Virus record (IMG/VR): IMGVR_UViG_3300010348_001841
Length of the DNA: 64,000 nucleotides
DNA from: a virus
Taxonomy: Duplodnaviria > Caudoviricetes
Strand: one strand, 5' to 3'
This document shows, piece after piece, positions 9,830 to 19,534 of the stretch. The notes under the pieces are model-generated. The model had not been told where the DNA came from. It did no database searches and was given only the letters and a program-made list of their open reading frames with translations. The position numbers and the translations under genes are program-made. Every line of letters starts with the position of its first letter. The first letter of the stretch is position 1.

Positions 9830-10171
9830 CTACGATGGCCGGTAATGTCGAATTGCATCAGCATATGTTTTATTTTTATAGTGTTCTTTAAGAGCTTCAT
9901 CCATTGATTTATCTCCCTTTAATCGATTACTGTACCAATTTAGCGGTTGAAGATTAGAGGGATCATCTGTACCCGCTGAAGAAACAGGAACAATATGATC
10001 AACTTCCCAGCCATGATTATGGTTGTGATTTCCATATTGTCTATAGTCCATAATTCTTCCGAATGGATCAATTTTAATTGAAGATGTCACCTTTCCTTCG
10101 ACTATGATACTTTCACTTAATAATCCATTTGCATTGCCGGACGACAACCAAACTTCTTTATAATTAAACAT
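9830..10171 (-). CDS. HNH endonuclease
   Basis: GWEVDHIVPVSSAGTDDPSNLQPLNWYSNRLKGD. Confidence 0.85.
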   Translation of the reverse strand: MFNYKEVWLSSGNANGLLSESIIVEGKVTSSIKIDPFGRIMDYRQYGNHNHNHGWEVDHIVPVSSAGTDDPSNLQPLNWYSNRLKGDKSMDEALKEHYKNKTYADAIRHYRPS

Positions 10172-10392
10172 TTTACTTTCCTTTAAAAATCAATAAAAAT
10201 CCACTCAATTTATTGAGTGTCAAGGCGCATAAACTCGTACACGGGAGCCCTAGCCTTTGGAGATTCCCCTGGCAACTAGCTATGCTCACTGATACCATAT
10301 CAATGTACTGTATTTATGATTTTTGTGGTTAGGCAGCAATTACCAATAAATACTATATGCCTGATAAATAGCATAAACTTAAAGGAAATAAC

Positions 10393-10890
10393 ATGATTGG
10401 ATTTATTTACGTTTGGAAAGATAAATTAAGAAACATGTATTATGTGGGATCTCATATCGGAACACCCGATGATGGATATATATCATCTTCTCGTTGGTTA
10501 AATTTTGAATATCAATATCGTCCTCAGGATTTTAGGCGCAGAATTATAAAAGAAGTCGATATAGAAAACTTAAAAATAGAAGAATATCAATTTATCTGTA
10601 TGATTAAACCACACGAATTTGGCAAGAAATACTATAACTTAAAAATTGGTGCACCGAAAGGTACAACACCTTGGAACAAAGGAACACAAGGTATTTTCTC
10701 CGAAGAGCATCGCAAGAAAATATCTCAAAGTAAGATAGGTCACGCGGCGTGGAATAAAGGAACACCAAATCCGTTAGGTGCCAAGAATGGCAGGAAGGGT
10801 GCTAAAAAACTTTCAGAAACTGCTAAGGGAAGAAAACGATTCTATAAAGAAGATGGTTCATGGACCTGGCAATATCCGGAAAACAAATAA
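10393..10890 (+). CDS. GIY-YIG homing endonuclease (Seg-like) with NUMOD repeats
   Basis: GFIYVW..YYVGSH..DDGYISSS; WNKG repeats; GATAAATA upstream. Confidence 0.8.
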   Translation: MIGFIYVWKDKLRNMYYVGSHIGTPDDGYISSSRWLNFEYQYRPQDFRRRIIKEVDIENLKIEEYQFICMIKPHEFGKKYYNLKIGAPKGTTPWNKGTQGIFSEEHRKKISQSKIGHAAWNKGTPNPLGAKNGRKGAKKLSETAKGRKRFYKEDGSWTWQYPENK

Positions 10891-10893
10891 GAA

Positions 10894-10909
10894 GGGGCCC
10901 GAAGGCCCC
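10894..10909. terminator. hairpin terminator ending tmRNA and Seg-like transcripts
   Basis: GGGGCC-CGAA-GGCCCC. Confidence 0.7.
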
Positions 10910-10910
10910 C

Positions 10911-11250
10911 TGATTATTGGGTAAGAAGGTAATCAACCCCCGGTGGTTTACGCGGCTAGCGCAACCTCACCATAGAATGCATCATTTGCATTTAGTTTGT
11001 TTTCGTGAGTTACGGTCATTGCCACCGTGTCGCGTCCCTCATCTCAGCAACCCAATCGAAACCTGGTCGGCCCCATCAGAAGTAGACATCCTGCGTTTTA
11101 GGGGTAATACAAGAATTGTGACTTCGACGTTTGCAACCGCCAAGGCATCAAATTGTATGCAGGTAGAACCATTCTTATCTACTTTTGGTGGAGCCGGCGG
11201 GAATCGAACCCGCGTCTTGAACCCATCAATTTAGTCCGAATTACGACAAT
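10911..11250 (-). ncRNA. ssrA: circularly permuted two-piece tmRNA; tag ANDAFYGEVALAA
   Basis: Acceptor piece (T arm, GGCTCCACCA, ends 11186) precedes coding piece starting GGGGCCGA at 11074; G3:U70; tag ORF 10989-10948. Confidence 0.9.
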
Positions 11251-11265
11251 AAAAACATTGTACGG

Positions 11266-11784
11266 TTATTTACCGCCCTTGTCAATAATGGGTGCATCCC
11301 TGCGAGGCATCTCTTCAAAACATATTGTTCCTATCTTTATATGGAACTTTAGTTTTTCGTATCCACGCTGAATGTACACATCAACATAACCATTTATCAC
11401 TTCTTCTCCGGGATTTAGAAGTTGGTCACCCACTCTGATACCAGCCTTATAGGCCGGATATTGTTCTGGCGCCCTATATACCGCATTTACCGGACCATAA
11501 TATAAAACACCTATTCCCCGATATGTCGAAGCTTTATCTTTACAGGGAATAATCTCTTCAGAGATCTCCGATGGCATTGTTAATCCAATTTCGGATTTTG
11601 GTACAGTTATGGTGTCACGAGATACCTTAGGGTCAGATAATAACTGTACCTCTACTGTATTTTCTTCTAAATTACTAACTGTTTCTCTTTTATGTAGAAC
11701 TGGTGGTAGAAATAAATAGAGAAACAGGAACAGATGAAGCAGAAAGCTTGCAACTATTCCTGTTAATTTTTCTTTGCGCGGCAT
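11266..11784 (-). CDS. membrane-anchored protein with PDZ-like domain
   Basis: N-terminal TM helix; YRGIGV and PAYKAGIRVGD. Confidence 0.6.
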   Translation of the reverse strand: MPRKEKLTGIVASFLLHLFLFLYLFLPPVLHKRETVSNLEENTVEVQLLSDPKVSRDTITVPKSEIGLTMPSEISEEIIPCKDKASTYRGIGVLYYGPVNAVYRAPEQYPAYKAGIRVGDQLLNPGEEVINGYVDVYIQRGYEKLKFHIKIGTICFEEMPRRDAPIIDKGGK

Positions 11785-11794
11785 CAGCTATTTA

Positions 11795-12472
11795 TTACCA
11801 GAGTAGGTCAAAGTAACCACGCATAACCTTTGATACGGTTGAAGTTTTATCACTATTGTGATCTTTAACGGTATCGTCTTGGAAGCGATATGTTCTAATC
11901 TTATCGCCTCTCATTCCCGAACCAACCTGTTGCTTACGCTCAGCCGATAATGATTGATTTTTTTCTCGTCTGTCATTTTGTTGAAGAAGTTGAATCATTG
12001 TCGATTTTGCTTCCTCAAGACTTGTTTGGCGTGAACGATTTTGTGAAGTAGTTACAAGGCCTGTTTCTATATGAATGACTCTACAAGAATTTTGATGTTT
12101 ATTCCTGTGTTGGCCACCAGCGCCTGTGCCACTAAACCATTCTATACGAAAATCTTTATCAGTATAATCTCTCTTCTGTATAGATGGATCAATTACCGCA
12201 ACGGTAACTGTACTTGTATGGACTCTTCCACGTTTTTCAGTAGGTGGAATTCGCTGAATTCTATGCCCACCTGCTTCATTTTGTAACTGTGTTAAATTTT
12301 CCCCGACTATTTCGATATGCAATTCGCCGGGCATGTCTCTAATCACACGATTGAGTCATCCTACGCGATCAAAATGTCGTTGATATGCTTGTGCAAGATC
12401 TTTCACGAAGAGCTTGCTATCTTCTCCGCCCTCAGCGGATCTAATTTCAACTATCCTGCGTTGAGTTGTCAT
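11795..12472 (-). CDS. prfA: RF1-like peptide chain release factor lacking domain 1, with in-frame UGA at codon 39
   Basis: [21 protein letters not shown] (PxT), KIRTY; upstream in-frame segment [31 protein letters not shown] with GAGGA RBS. Confidence 0.85.
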
Positions 12473-13130
12473 TTTTATTTTTCCTCTGTTGTGCTAATCG
12501 TCTCGCCTCAGACCAAGTCTTCCCTTTAGAAGCTTCGGATTTGGCTTTCTTTTGTTCCTCGGTCCATTTTCTGCCGGGTTTTCCTTTATTTGGAGATGGT
12601 TTTCCTTTATTTGGATGTTCTTTGCCTTTCCAATAACCTTCCTTTCCCAGCATATGTCCAATCTTGCCTACATTTTTACCAATCATAGCAGTAGATCTCT
12701 TTGCAATAGTTTCGGCCGATTGTTTTATTCCTTTTTTTGCAATAGAAATTTTCTCTATAATTTCTTCAGAATAGATATTTGTTTTTCCTTTGTTCCAGGG
12801 CACCTGAACTCCAGTTTTACCCTTATTCCACGGTGTTTGACCTATGTGTCCGGAAGCCCCGTCTCCACCATCTGTTCTATTATGAAGTATACCAGTACCC
12901 AGGTCCTTACGACCATACCACCTAATCATCCTTCTTTCTAAAGCAAATGCACCAATTTCTGTAAGATTTGTTTCAAGAAAAACTACATTTGATTTATCTT
13001 TAGGCACAGGAACATTATTGTGGTACTCATATGCCCTTCCTTTTTTGCCCTTCCCGATATAATAGGGAGTTCCTGCATCAGCAGTCGGTGAATTTGTGTT
13101 TCGAACATATGCATAAACATAATACATCAA
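12447..13130 (-). CDS. GIY-YIG-like homing endonuclease with NUMOD3 repeats
   Basis: [27 protein letters not shown] repeats; 3' end overlaps RF start. Confidence 0.8.
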   Translation of the reverse strand: MMYYVYAYVRNTNSPTADAGTPYYIGKGKKGRAYEYHNNVPVPKDKSNVVFLETNLTEIGAFALERRMIRWYGRKDLGTGILHNRTDGGDGASGHIGQTPWNKGKTGVQVPWNKGKTNIYSEEIIEKISIAKKGIKQSAETIAKRSTAMIGKNVGKIGHMLGKEGYWKGKEHPNKGKPSPNKGKPGRKWTEEQKKAKSEASKGKTWSEARRLAQQRKNKNDNSTQDS

Positions 13131-13158
13131 TTATTTATTGATAATTCAACAACTCTCT

Positions 13159-13896
13159 TCATTTATTAACGAAATTATCTACTGTTAGAACTACAGGAGA
13201 TTCAAGATCTTCCGGCGTTGCTGATCTTCTATTTATTGTACCTGGTGGTGCAATAAAAGATGCAATAAGAAATTTTTCCATAATTTCATGCACAATTATA
13301 TACGCCTCAACATCCCCGTGTAATTTCCAAAGATTATATGTCCAAAACTCCGGAGTACAGAAATAAGATATCAATGATGGAGGTCCAAAACCTATACAAG
13401 CATCTACCATTTCTGTGTCAATTACTAGTATATTTTCGATTTCAAAATTTGTCCCTACAATTTTCGAACATTCTTTAAATAAAATTGCTTTTGAAACTTT
13501 ATTAATTGTGGTATCAAGAACCTTCTTATCAAAGGTATATACGCCTATTGTAGATGCAGTGATACCATGATTACCCAATATCACATGTTCCTTCAAATTC
13601 AATTTTTTTAATTTAGAAAATGAATATTTTTGATGCGTCGGTAATCTTTCTTTCCAGGCCGAATGCATAGTTGATTCCGATGGGTCTAATGCAAGGAACA
13701 CTGAATCAGCAAACAGCTCATCGGTGTTCGACGAACCATGATTACACATTTCACACGAATTTACTGTATATAAGGAGATACCTTTTCTACTAAAATCCAT
13801 TCTTTGTTGTTTAGCCAACATAACCTTCGGCGGTACATGATCTTTTGTAACCTTACAGATCTGGCCGCAGTAAATACATGTTCCCATGTAGGCCAT
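13159..13896 (-). CDS. HNH-like nuclease
   Basis: CIYCG..TKDHVPP..CEMCN. Confidence 0.6.
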   Translation of the reverse strand: MAYMGTCIYCGQICKVTKDHVPPKVMLAKQQRMDFSRKGISLYTVNSCEMCNHGSSNTDELFADSVFLALDPSESTMHSAWKERLPTHQKYSFSKLKKLNLKEHVILGNHGITASTIGVYTFDKKVLDTTINKVSKAILFKECSKIVGTNFEIENILVIDTEMVDACIGFGPPSLISYFCTPEFWTYNLWKLHGDVEAYIIVHEIMEKFLIASFIAPPGTINRRSATPEDLESPVVLTVDNFVNK

Positions 13897-13913
13897 TCTC
13901 TTCTCCATAAAAT

Positions 13914-13992
13914 TGGCGGTCCGTACGGGATTCGAACCCGTGGTCTCCTGCGTGACAGGCAGGCGCATTAAGCCAAGCTATGCTAACGAACC
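13914..13992 (-). tRNA. tRNA-Asp(GTC)
   Basis: Loop CTGTCAC, G73, CCA. Confidence 0.9.
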
Positions 13993-14002
13993 AAATATAA
14001 AT

Positions 14003-14337
14003 GATTATTCTATAGCCGGGATTCTGTGCCCTTTCGGGTGACAATCATTTGACTACGGCTTATTTACCGTCCTCCCCAGGTTTCAATCTGGATCCTTGGT
14101 GCACCAACCCGTTTCCTCGGCGAGCAGCGTAAGGAAACTGTTTGGCTTGCTGCGGTATCGTTGTGGTAAAGGCGTGTCAGAACTCTAATAGTGCAGGGCA
14201 CTTTCATGCCTGGGACCATATAATCCTTTTCCTTACCGGCGTTCTATTAAAGATAACACTCCCACAGAGCGATGATTCCTGCTCTTTGCAGTCCCGAACT
14301 TCCTCTATACTTTCGTACAGCGATTGTCCGAATAATC
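14003..14337 (-). ncRNA. rnpB: RNase P RNA
   Basis: P1 GATTATTC/GAATAATC; P2 GACAATC/GATTGTC; GAGGAAGTTCGGG and ACAGAATCCCGGCTATA P4 motifs; GCAAG in the CR-IV region. Confidence 0.85.
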
Positions 14338-14343
14338 AAAAAC

Positions 14344-14540
14344 ACGTTGCCCGGTCGGTGACCAAACCGACCTCGCTTAATTCTTATCTAAAATTTAGAT
14401 GAATTTTCAGAATTACATCCGAGCTGCGAACTTAGCTTTAGGATCACTGAAATAGACTCCCACCACCCTAGGGAATTACGTGGCATCTAAAGGGTACAGA
14501 TAACACCGCGCTACCGGAGCATAATTTAGTCTGGCAACGT
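14344..14540 (-). ncRNA. unidentified structured RNA upstream of rnpB
   Basis: Terminal stem ACGTTGCC/GGCAACGT with internal hairpins. Confidence 0.5.
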
Positions 14541-14551
14541 ATTAGGCTATT

Positions 14552-14821
14552 TTACTTGCACGCCTTTAGTTTTGCAACCAATTCTGTCTCGTAACCGAGA
14601 TGAAGTTGACGATCTGCCAGCAATGCTTTGGCTTTTTCGTGAATATCTTGATCTTCTGTCAATTTATCAAAATTAAAATCAGGCTTGCTTGGGTATTCTT
14701 CCTTACAGGGAACAGGTACAGGGATTTCAACTCTCTGTGTTTCAATTTTTACAACAGGTACGGTGGCTCCGCAGCCTGCAAGAAGAAACATCGGCAGGAT
14801 AAGCAAATTACTTACGCGCAT
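14552..14821 (-). CDS. o-spanin-like lipoprotein
   Basis: LAGC lipobox, Pro-rich, overlaps the upstream TM/coiled-coil gene. Confidence 0.7.
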   Translation of the reverse strand: MRVSNLLILPMFLLAGCGATVPVVKIETQRVEIPVPVPCKEEYPSKPDFNFDKLTEDQDIHEKAKALLADRQLHLGYETELVAKLKACK

Positions 14822-15215
14822 TTCTTATCTCCTCATTGATTAATGCATTGGCAGCATCGCATTTATTCAAATTCTGCGGAGCTTTCCTATTCATAAGGTC
14901 CTCTGCCTTCTTCTTATAAGTCTCTGCGACTGCCTGTGCCTTCTTTACTTCTTCGGCATTCTTGGCTACTCGCTCATCTCCCTCTTTCTTTAACTTCTCA
15001 ATGGCATCATTCTGAACCTTGATCTCACCTTGTAATTGCTTGAGATTTGCCTGAGATGTCTCAAGCAACGTCTGTACCGCTGCCTTCTCGGCCTCAAGTG
15101 TTTTATTGCTTGATTTTAGCAAGGAAATGCGAAAACTTTGCCCGGCCAATGCAAGGGCAAGTATTGCCATGGCGACCAGCGCCTTATTCTTCAGTAAAAA
15201 TTCGAGTATGAACAT
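14808..15215 (-). CDS. i-spanin-like protein
   Basis: N-terminal TM plus long coiled coil; start MFILEF; GATAAATA late motif upstream. Confidence 0.7.
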   Translation of the reverse strand: MFILEFLLKNKALVAMAILALALAGQSFRISLLKSSNKTLEAEKAAVQTLLETSQANLKQLQGEIKVQNDAIEKLKKEGDERVAKNAEEVKKAQAVAETYKKKAEDLMNRKAPQNLNKCDAANALINEEIRNARK

Positions 15216-15276
15216 AATAGTATTTATCCGAAGTATAAATGAGAAAGCCCATTGCCAATTACGACAATGGGCATAT

Positions 15277-15352
15277 TGGCAAGGGAAGTCGGAGTCGAAC
15301 CGACACCTGACAGATTCAAAGTCTGGCGCTCTACCAATTAAGCTACTCCCCA
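15277..15352 (-). tRNA. tRNA-Gln(TTG)
   Basis: Loop CTTTGAA, CCA. Confidence 0.9.
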
Positions 15353-15363
15353 ATTGTAAAATC

Positions 15364-15456
15364 AGAATTCATTTAACAAACCCTGCCGGTATTACCGGGG
15401 TGGGGTTCGATTGGAGTTGAACCAATTTTAACCGAAGTTATTGCTGTATGAATTCT
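15364..15456 (-). ncRNA. CAGCAA-stem RNA copy 1 (T arm plus acceptor-like stem)
   Basis: AGAATTCAT/ATGAATTCT stem, ACAGCAA, ATTGG-TTCAACT-CCAAT. Confidence 0.75.
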
Positions 15457-15622
15457 TTAGAAAAATATTGAAGTTAGATTAGTCTTTATTCTACTGATTG
15501 ACAGATATCGTATGTAGAATAGGCCACACCTCAAAACTTTTATTGTGTATGTCGACACCTATTCTGTTTTGGTCCTAACCAGCCCTGAGAGACATAGTTA
15601 CCTATGTTCCTAACTTCAAATT

Positions 15623-15699
15623 TGGTACCCGTGATCGGATTCGAACCGATACTGTACAGGGTTTAAGTCTGCTGCCTCTACCTATTGCGCTACACGGGC
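15623..15699 (-). tRNA. tRNA-Leu(TAA), short variable region
   Basis: Loop CTTAAAC, A73, CCA. Confidence 0.85.
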
Positions 15700-15879
15700 T
15701 CATTCTTGTTCATCTCGGCGATCGCTCTTTTCAACCTGATGGATGTAATCCGCCAATGTGCGAATTTCTTTTTTCTCTTCTTTCTTTTTTCCGAAGATTC
15801 TATCCCAACCATCTCGGTAGAGATCGTTATTGGTTTTTGATTTGAGCTCATCACCTGTAATTTCGTTTCTACTTGTCAT
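15700..15879 (-). CDS. small hypothetical protein (59 aa)
   Basis: Hand-translated MTSRNEITGDELKSKTNNDLYRDGWDRIFGKK... Confidence 0.6.
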   Translation of the reverse strand: MTSRNEITGDELKSKTNNDLYRDGWDRIFGKKKEEKKEIRTLADYIHQVEKSDRRDEQE

Positions 15880-16093
15880 AATATAATAAAAAGATGTAAA
15901 ATTAGCTTTCGTACACCGCTACAGCCGCCTTTCCGTGTACTCCCCCGGGACAATACTGTTTATCTGCTCGATATGCCTCCGAGCATTTACATGAGCTAAT
16001 TAGCCGGGCTAAGGTTTTCTCGTCTCGAAGAATAGTTGCTGCTGGGTAGCTAATCCAATGCCCTATGCTTCTTACGACCCTAAACATCAAATT

Positions 16094-16185
16094 TGGAGGT
16101 CGGGGGTGGATTCGAACCACCGCTGTATACCGAGTAGTGTGCTTGCTTTGCAGGCAAGTGCATTCGACCGCTTTGCTACCCGACC
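16094..16185 (-). tRNA. tRNA-Cys(GCA) with unusually long variable region
   Basis: Loop CTGCAAA, U73, about 20-nt V region. Confidence 0.8.
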
Positions 16186-16271
16186 ATTATTCTCAATAAT
16201 TCGATAATGTAGCAGGCCCTTTGATTCACAGTCTCGGACATACCACCAGTCATCTTGACTAGCTTCTCGAA

Positions 16272-16676
16272 TTATTTAGTTGTTACAACTTCTACACCAA
16301 GCTCAGATGCTAATTTTTCTAACATTTTTTGCTTAGATTCCTTATCTTTTAATTCCTTCTTAAACTTTCTCTGTAAAGCAGCTTCTTCCTTCTTACGCTT
16401 TTCGTCAGCAAGCCTTGCCTCTTCTGCCGCAAGTAACTTCTTATAATCAGAAACTGTCTTTGCAATAAATTCTTTCTGATTTACAACCTGTTCGATTACC
16501 TTGAAGGTTCCGTGATGTTGCTCAGCTCTAAGTAACAATTCATATTCTTCGTCGGTTACTTCTTCCCACTCAGTAATACTATTTGCCACTAGAACATCGC
16601 CATAATTATCACCATAACTATCATAATAAGCGTATGGCACCTTTCTTATTGAGATAATTGCAATCTTGTGTGACAT
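16272..16676 (-). CDS. hypothetical coiled-coil protein
   Basis: AAGGA RBS, charged helical C-terminus. Confidence 0.65.
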   Translation of the reverse strand: MSHKIAIISIRKVPYAYYDSYGDNYGDVLVANSITEWEEVTDEEYELLLRAEQHHGTFKVIEQVVNQKEFIAKTVSDYKKLLAAEEARLADEKRKKEEAALQRKFKKELKDKESKQKMLEKLASELGVEVVTTK

Positions 16677-16762
16677 AATATTCCTTAGTGAATTCTCGAA
16701 AGCTCCCTTATCTGGGTTATCGTCGTTTTTGCTTCTTCTCGCAGTCAGCTTTATAAGAAACT

Positions 16763-16848
16763 TGGTGGGGCAGGATGGATTCGAACCAACTTAGCCGGAG
16801 GCGACAGATTTACAGTCTGCTGAGGATCTCCAACTCCCCTGCTACCCC
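16763..16848 (-). tRNA. tRNA-Tyr(GTA)
   Basis: Loop CTGTAAA, V-arm, CCA. Confidence 0.85.
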
Positions 16849-16903
16849 ATAATAGTCGGCAGAACGTTGCCAGCGTGGAGAGATATACAGTCAACTCCAA
16901 TCT

Positions 16904-16981
16904 TGGTAGGGCTGGAGGGACTCGAACCCTCTCCTGGCAGATTAAAAGTCTGCTGTGCTAACCATTGAACACTACAACCCC
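16904..16981 (-). tRNA. tRNA-Lys(TTT)
   Basis: Loop CTTTTAA, CCA. Confidence 0.9.
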
Positions 16982-16985
16982 ATTA

Positions 16986-17815
16986 TTACTTTTTCGCATT
17001 GTCTCTATCAAGTAGCAGAGTATTCAAATCTTTGATGCCACCGGCCTGGGTACCGTGGATCCAATGATGCAGATTAGGTCTTAGATAGAATGCAAGTTTT
17101 CTATATAAATCACTGTCGCCTTCATTCCCTTGAACTTTTTCCTGCATCTTCTCAGCTAGTGTCAGAGAGACTTCAAGATGATATTTGATTTGTTCGAGAT
17201 AATTTTTATATTCTTCAGAAGCGTCCATATTTTCTCTTCATTTCTAGATGCATCTTGATTGCTGCACCGCTTGGAAATTTATCACCTTTTAGAAATTCTA
17301 CACCATTGAGTGTGAATGGACTAATAACCTCATCACCGTTCCAGTAATTTCTTACAGTCTTGATAAATCCCATTTCCTCAATATTATTTCTAAACTCAGC
17401 AAACTTAGGATGATCCTCTGAATGTGTACTCGAGATAATGTCTGTTCCTTTTAGTACCTTCACTAACTCATCTTCGGTGAGTTCTTTCTTATTGACATAC
17501 ATACTCCATGTCTTTGTTATGGAGATTGAACACAGATATTTGTCATCTAATTCAAAATTGTAACTTATTACTTTCATTTTCGAGATACCTAATGAAAAGA
17601 GGTGTGACTAAATCATTTAAGTCCGTTAGTTCTATTTCCTGTACCATTGCATTTTCATTAACTATTTCAAATTCATTTTCCAGAATTCTTCTTTTATTAA
17701 TTATAATACCCGTATCAGGATTATGCACAAAATCATGGTCGCCTGAGCCGTCGCCTATATTTGTGCGATAGGCTTTCCAACCTCTCAACTTTGCAATTAG
17801 TATCAAATCATTCAT
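16986..17815 (-). other. three overlapping hypothetical CDSs (16986-17228, 17215-17577, 17552-17815)
   Basis: ORF track; overlapping same-strand ORFs. Confidence 0.6.
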
Positions 17816-17820
17816 ATAGG

Positions 17821-17915
17821 TGGCGGAGATTATGCGATTCGAACGCATGCGGCGTCTCTACGACACCGGCCTCTTCTTAGCAGGAAGGCACAATACCTGA
17901 CTCTGTCAAATCTCC
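17821..17915 (-). tRNA. tRNA-Ser(GCT)
   Basis: Loop CTGCTAA, long V-arm, G73, CCA. Confidence 0.9.
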
Positions 17916-18186
17916 AAATGTGTAATCCCAGGAAGGATTCGAACCTTAAGTGTATCAGACTCCGAGTCTTACCATGTACCTACTCAGTCTTCATTACCCT
18001 TTCTCTGATACATACTCGGGATTATTACTAGCTTCTCGGCGACTCGCATGGGACAAATCATTGTAGCATGGCCACAATCTCTTGTAAAGGCCACCCCGGC
18101 AGGAGTCGAACCTGCTTTACCACGCACCGAATCGAACGGAGTCTCCGGCTTGCGCGCGAGGCCGGGGGAACCAACCCACGAGGTGA

Positions 18187-18423
18187 TTATTTTACGAAAT
18201 GAGGATAACCTTCCTTAGCCTTCCAGGATAGATGAATCCATCCCTTAGGGACATAATGGCTGATACCTTGGGCATCAAAAATTCTATGTCCACCCGAGCT
18301 AACTGATAGCCACAGGGGCTGATCAATGGTTACTGAATTATTATCGAAATCATATTTGCGAAACTCCTCGCTTGAGATGTCCACAAATTTATTATCTGAT
18401 TCATTTTTGAATACTACCGACAT
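18187..18423 (-). CDS. hypothetical protein
   Basis: AGGAG RBS, 78 aa. Confidence 0.65.
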   Translation of the reverse strand: MSVVFKNESDNKFVDISSEEFRKYDFDNNSVTIDQPLWLSVSSGGHRIFDAQGISHYVPKGWIHLSWKAKEGYPHFVK

Positions 18424-18501
18424 ACAAACTCCTAATAAGTTATACTCAAAATGTTCTGGAGTGCAGAAACAGAGCAGGATTAGATTTGTATTTATCGTTT
18501 A

Positions 18502-18577
18502 TGGCAACCCCTGTCCGACTCGAACGGACACCCCCCTGACTCAGAATCAAGTGCTCTACCAATTAAGCTAAGAGGCA
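18502..18577 (-). tRNA. tRNA-Gln(CTG)
   Basis: Loop TTCTGAG, CCA. Confidence 0.85.
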
Positions 18578-18792
18578 ATTGTTGGTGTCGACCACGGGTT
18601 CTCCTGTCGACTCTACACACCCTCTTGTGACTGGTTGTGCAGTATATGGCGCTCACCGCCGGCTTCACACCGTACTCCAAGTTTGGTAATATTACCTCCG
18701 AACCTACACATCTCGTGCTGAGTGAGCATAAAAGAATCCCGCATTCCTCCGACTCTCAGCCGTAGCCTTCCTCGGACTCTCAACGGGATAAC

Positions 18793-18867
18793 TGGTACAC
18801 CTACGGGGAATCGAACCCCGCTTTACGCCGTGAAAGGGCGCCGTCCTAACCGATAGACGATAGGTGC
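18793..18867 (-). tRNA. tRNA-Glu(TTC)
   Basis: Loop CTTTCAC, CCA. Confidence 0.9.
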
Positions 18868-18873
18868 ATTGTA

Positions 18874-18945
18874 TGGCAAGGGCGGTAGGAATCGGACCCA
18901 TTCCAACAAGGTTCAAAGCCTCGTGTCGCTCCAAGCGTCACCCCA
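18874..18945 (-). tRNA. tRNA-Gln(TTG), divergent
   Basis: Loop CTTTGAA, reduced D arm, T loop TCCGATT, CCA. Confidence 0.65.
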
Positions 18946-19246
18946 ATTGTAAAAGAGACAGTAACACGATCGGGCTTCTGGGTGCCGATACCAGTTGCTT
19001 TCGCAACAGACCGAAAAGGTCTCGTTGTATGTCTATAAATTAATTACAATTATGGGTGGTATCAATAATTTTCCACCCATACGTATCAGATATTTGTTGA
19101 AATTCAACCTTACACTTTACCACGTTGAAACAACGTGGGCAAAATTTACTATGATAGTCTTGTTGGCCGATATAATTATACATTGGCAAGGATTCTAAAT
19201 TTCCAATCCTTGTTTTCCATTCTATTAATTCCATAATTGTCCTAGA

Positions 19247-19322
19247 TGGTATCCCTATCGGGATTCGAACCCGACTTTCCACCTTGAGAGGGTAGCGTCC
19301 TTTGCCACTAGACGATAGGGAT
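19247..19322 (-). tRNA. tRNA-Glu(CTC)
   Basis: Loop CTCTCAA, CCA. Confidence 0.9.
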
Positions 19323-19460
19323 ATAGACAGTATCAAAAGTAATGCCGGTGCTCGAGTGCCGATTCGTTAAGCCTAAGGGAGAAGACCGTAAAAGCCCTTA
19401 ATCCACCTTCTTACTGCGACGGTCTATCGTTTGATACCGATATTACTTATAACAATTTGA

Positions 19461-19533
19461 TGGACCCGCGTAGAGGAATCGAACCTCTGCAATCTGGTTT
19501 CGTAGACCGGACGCCAAATCCATTGGACGCGAG
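19461..19533 (-). tRNA. tRNA-Arg(ACG)
   Basis: Loop CTACGAA, CCA; reduced D arm. Confidence 0.8.
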
Positions 19534-19534
19534 A

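Noticed and set aside
10180-10310. Omega/HEARO-type guide RNA upstream of the short HNH gene
   Set aside because: The leader has hairpins, but the 113-aa protein lacks RuvC, bridge-helix and PLMP features; insufficient support
12346-13130. Group I intron splitting the release factor and carrying the adjacent endonuclease
   Set aside because: The RF N-terminus is contiguous and in frame across a single TGA; no room for or sign of an intron core
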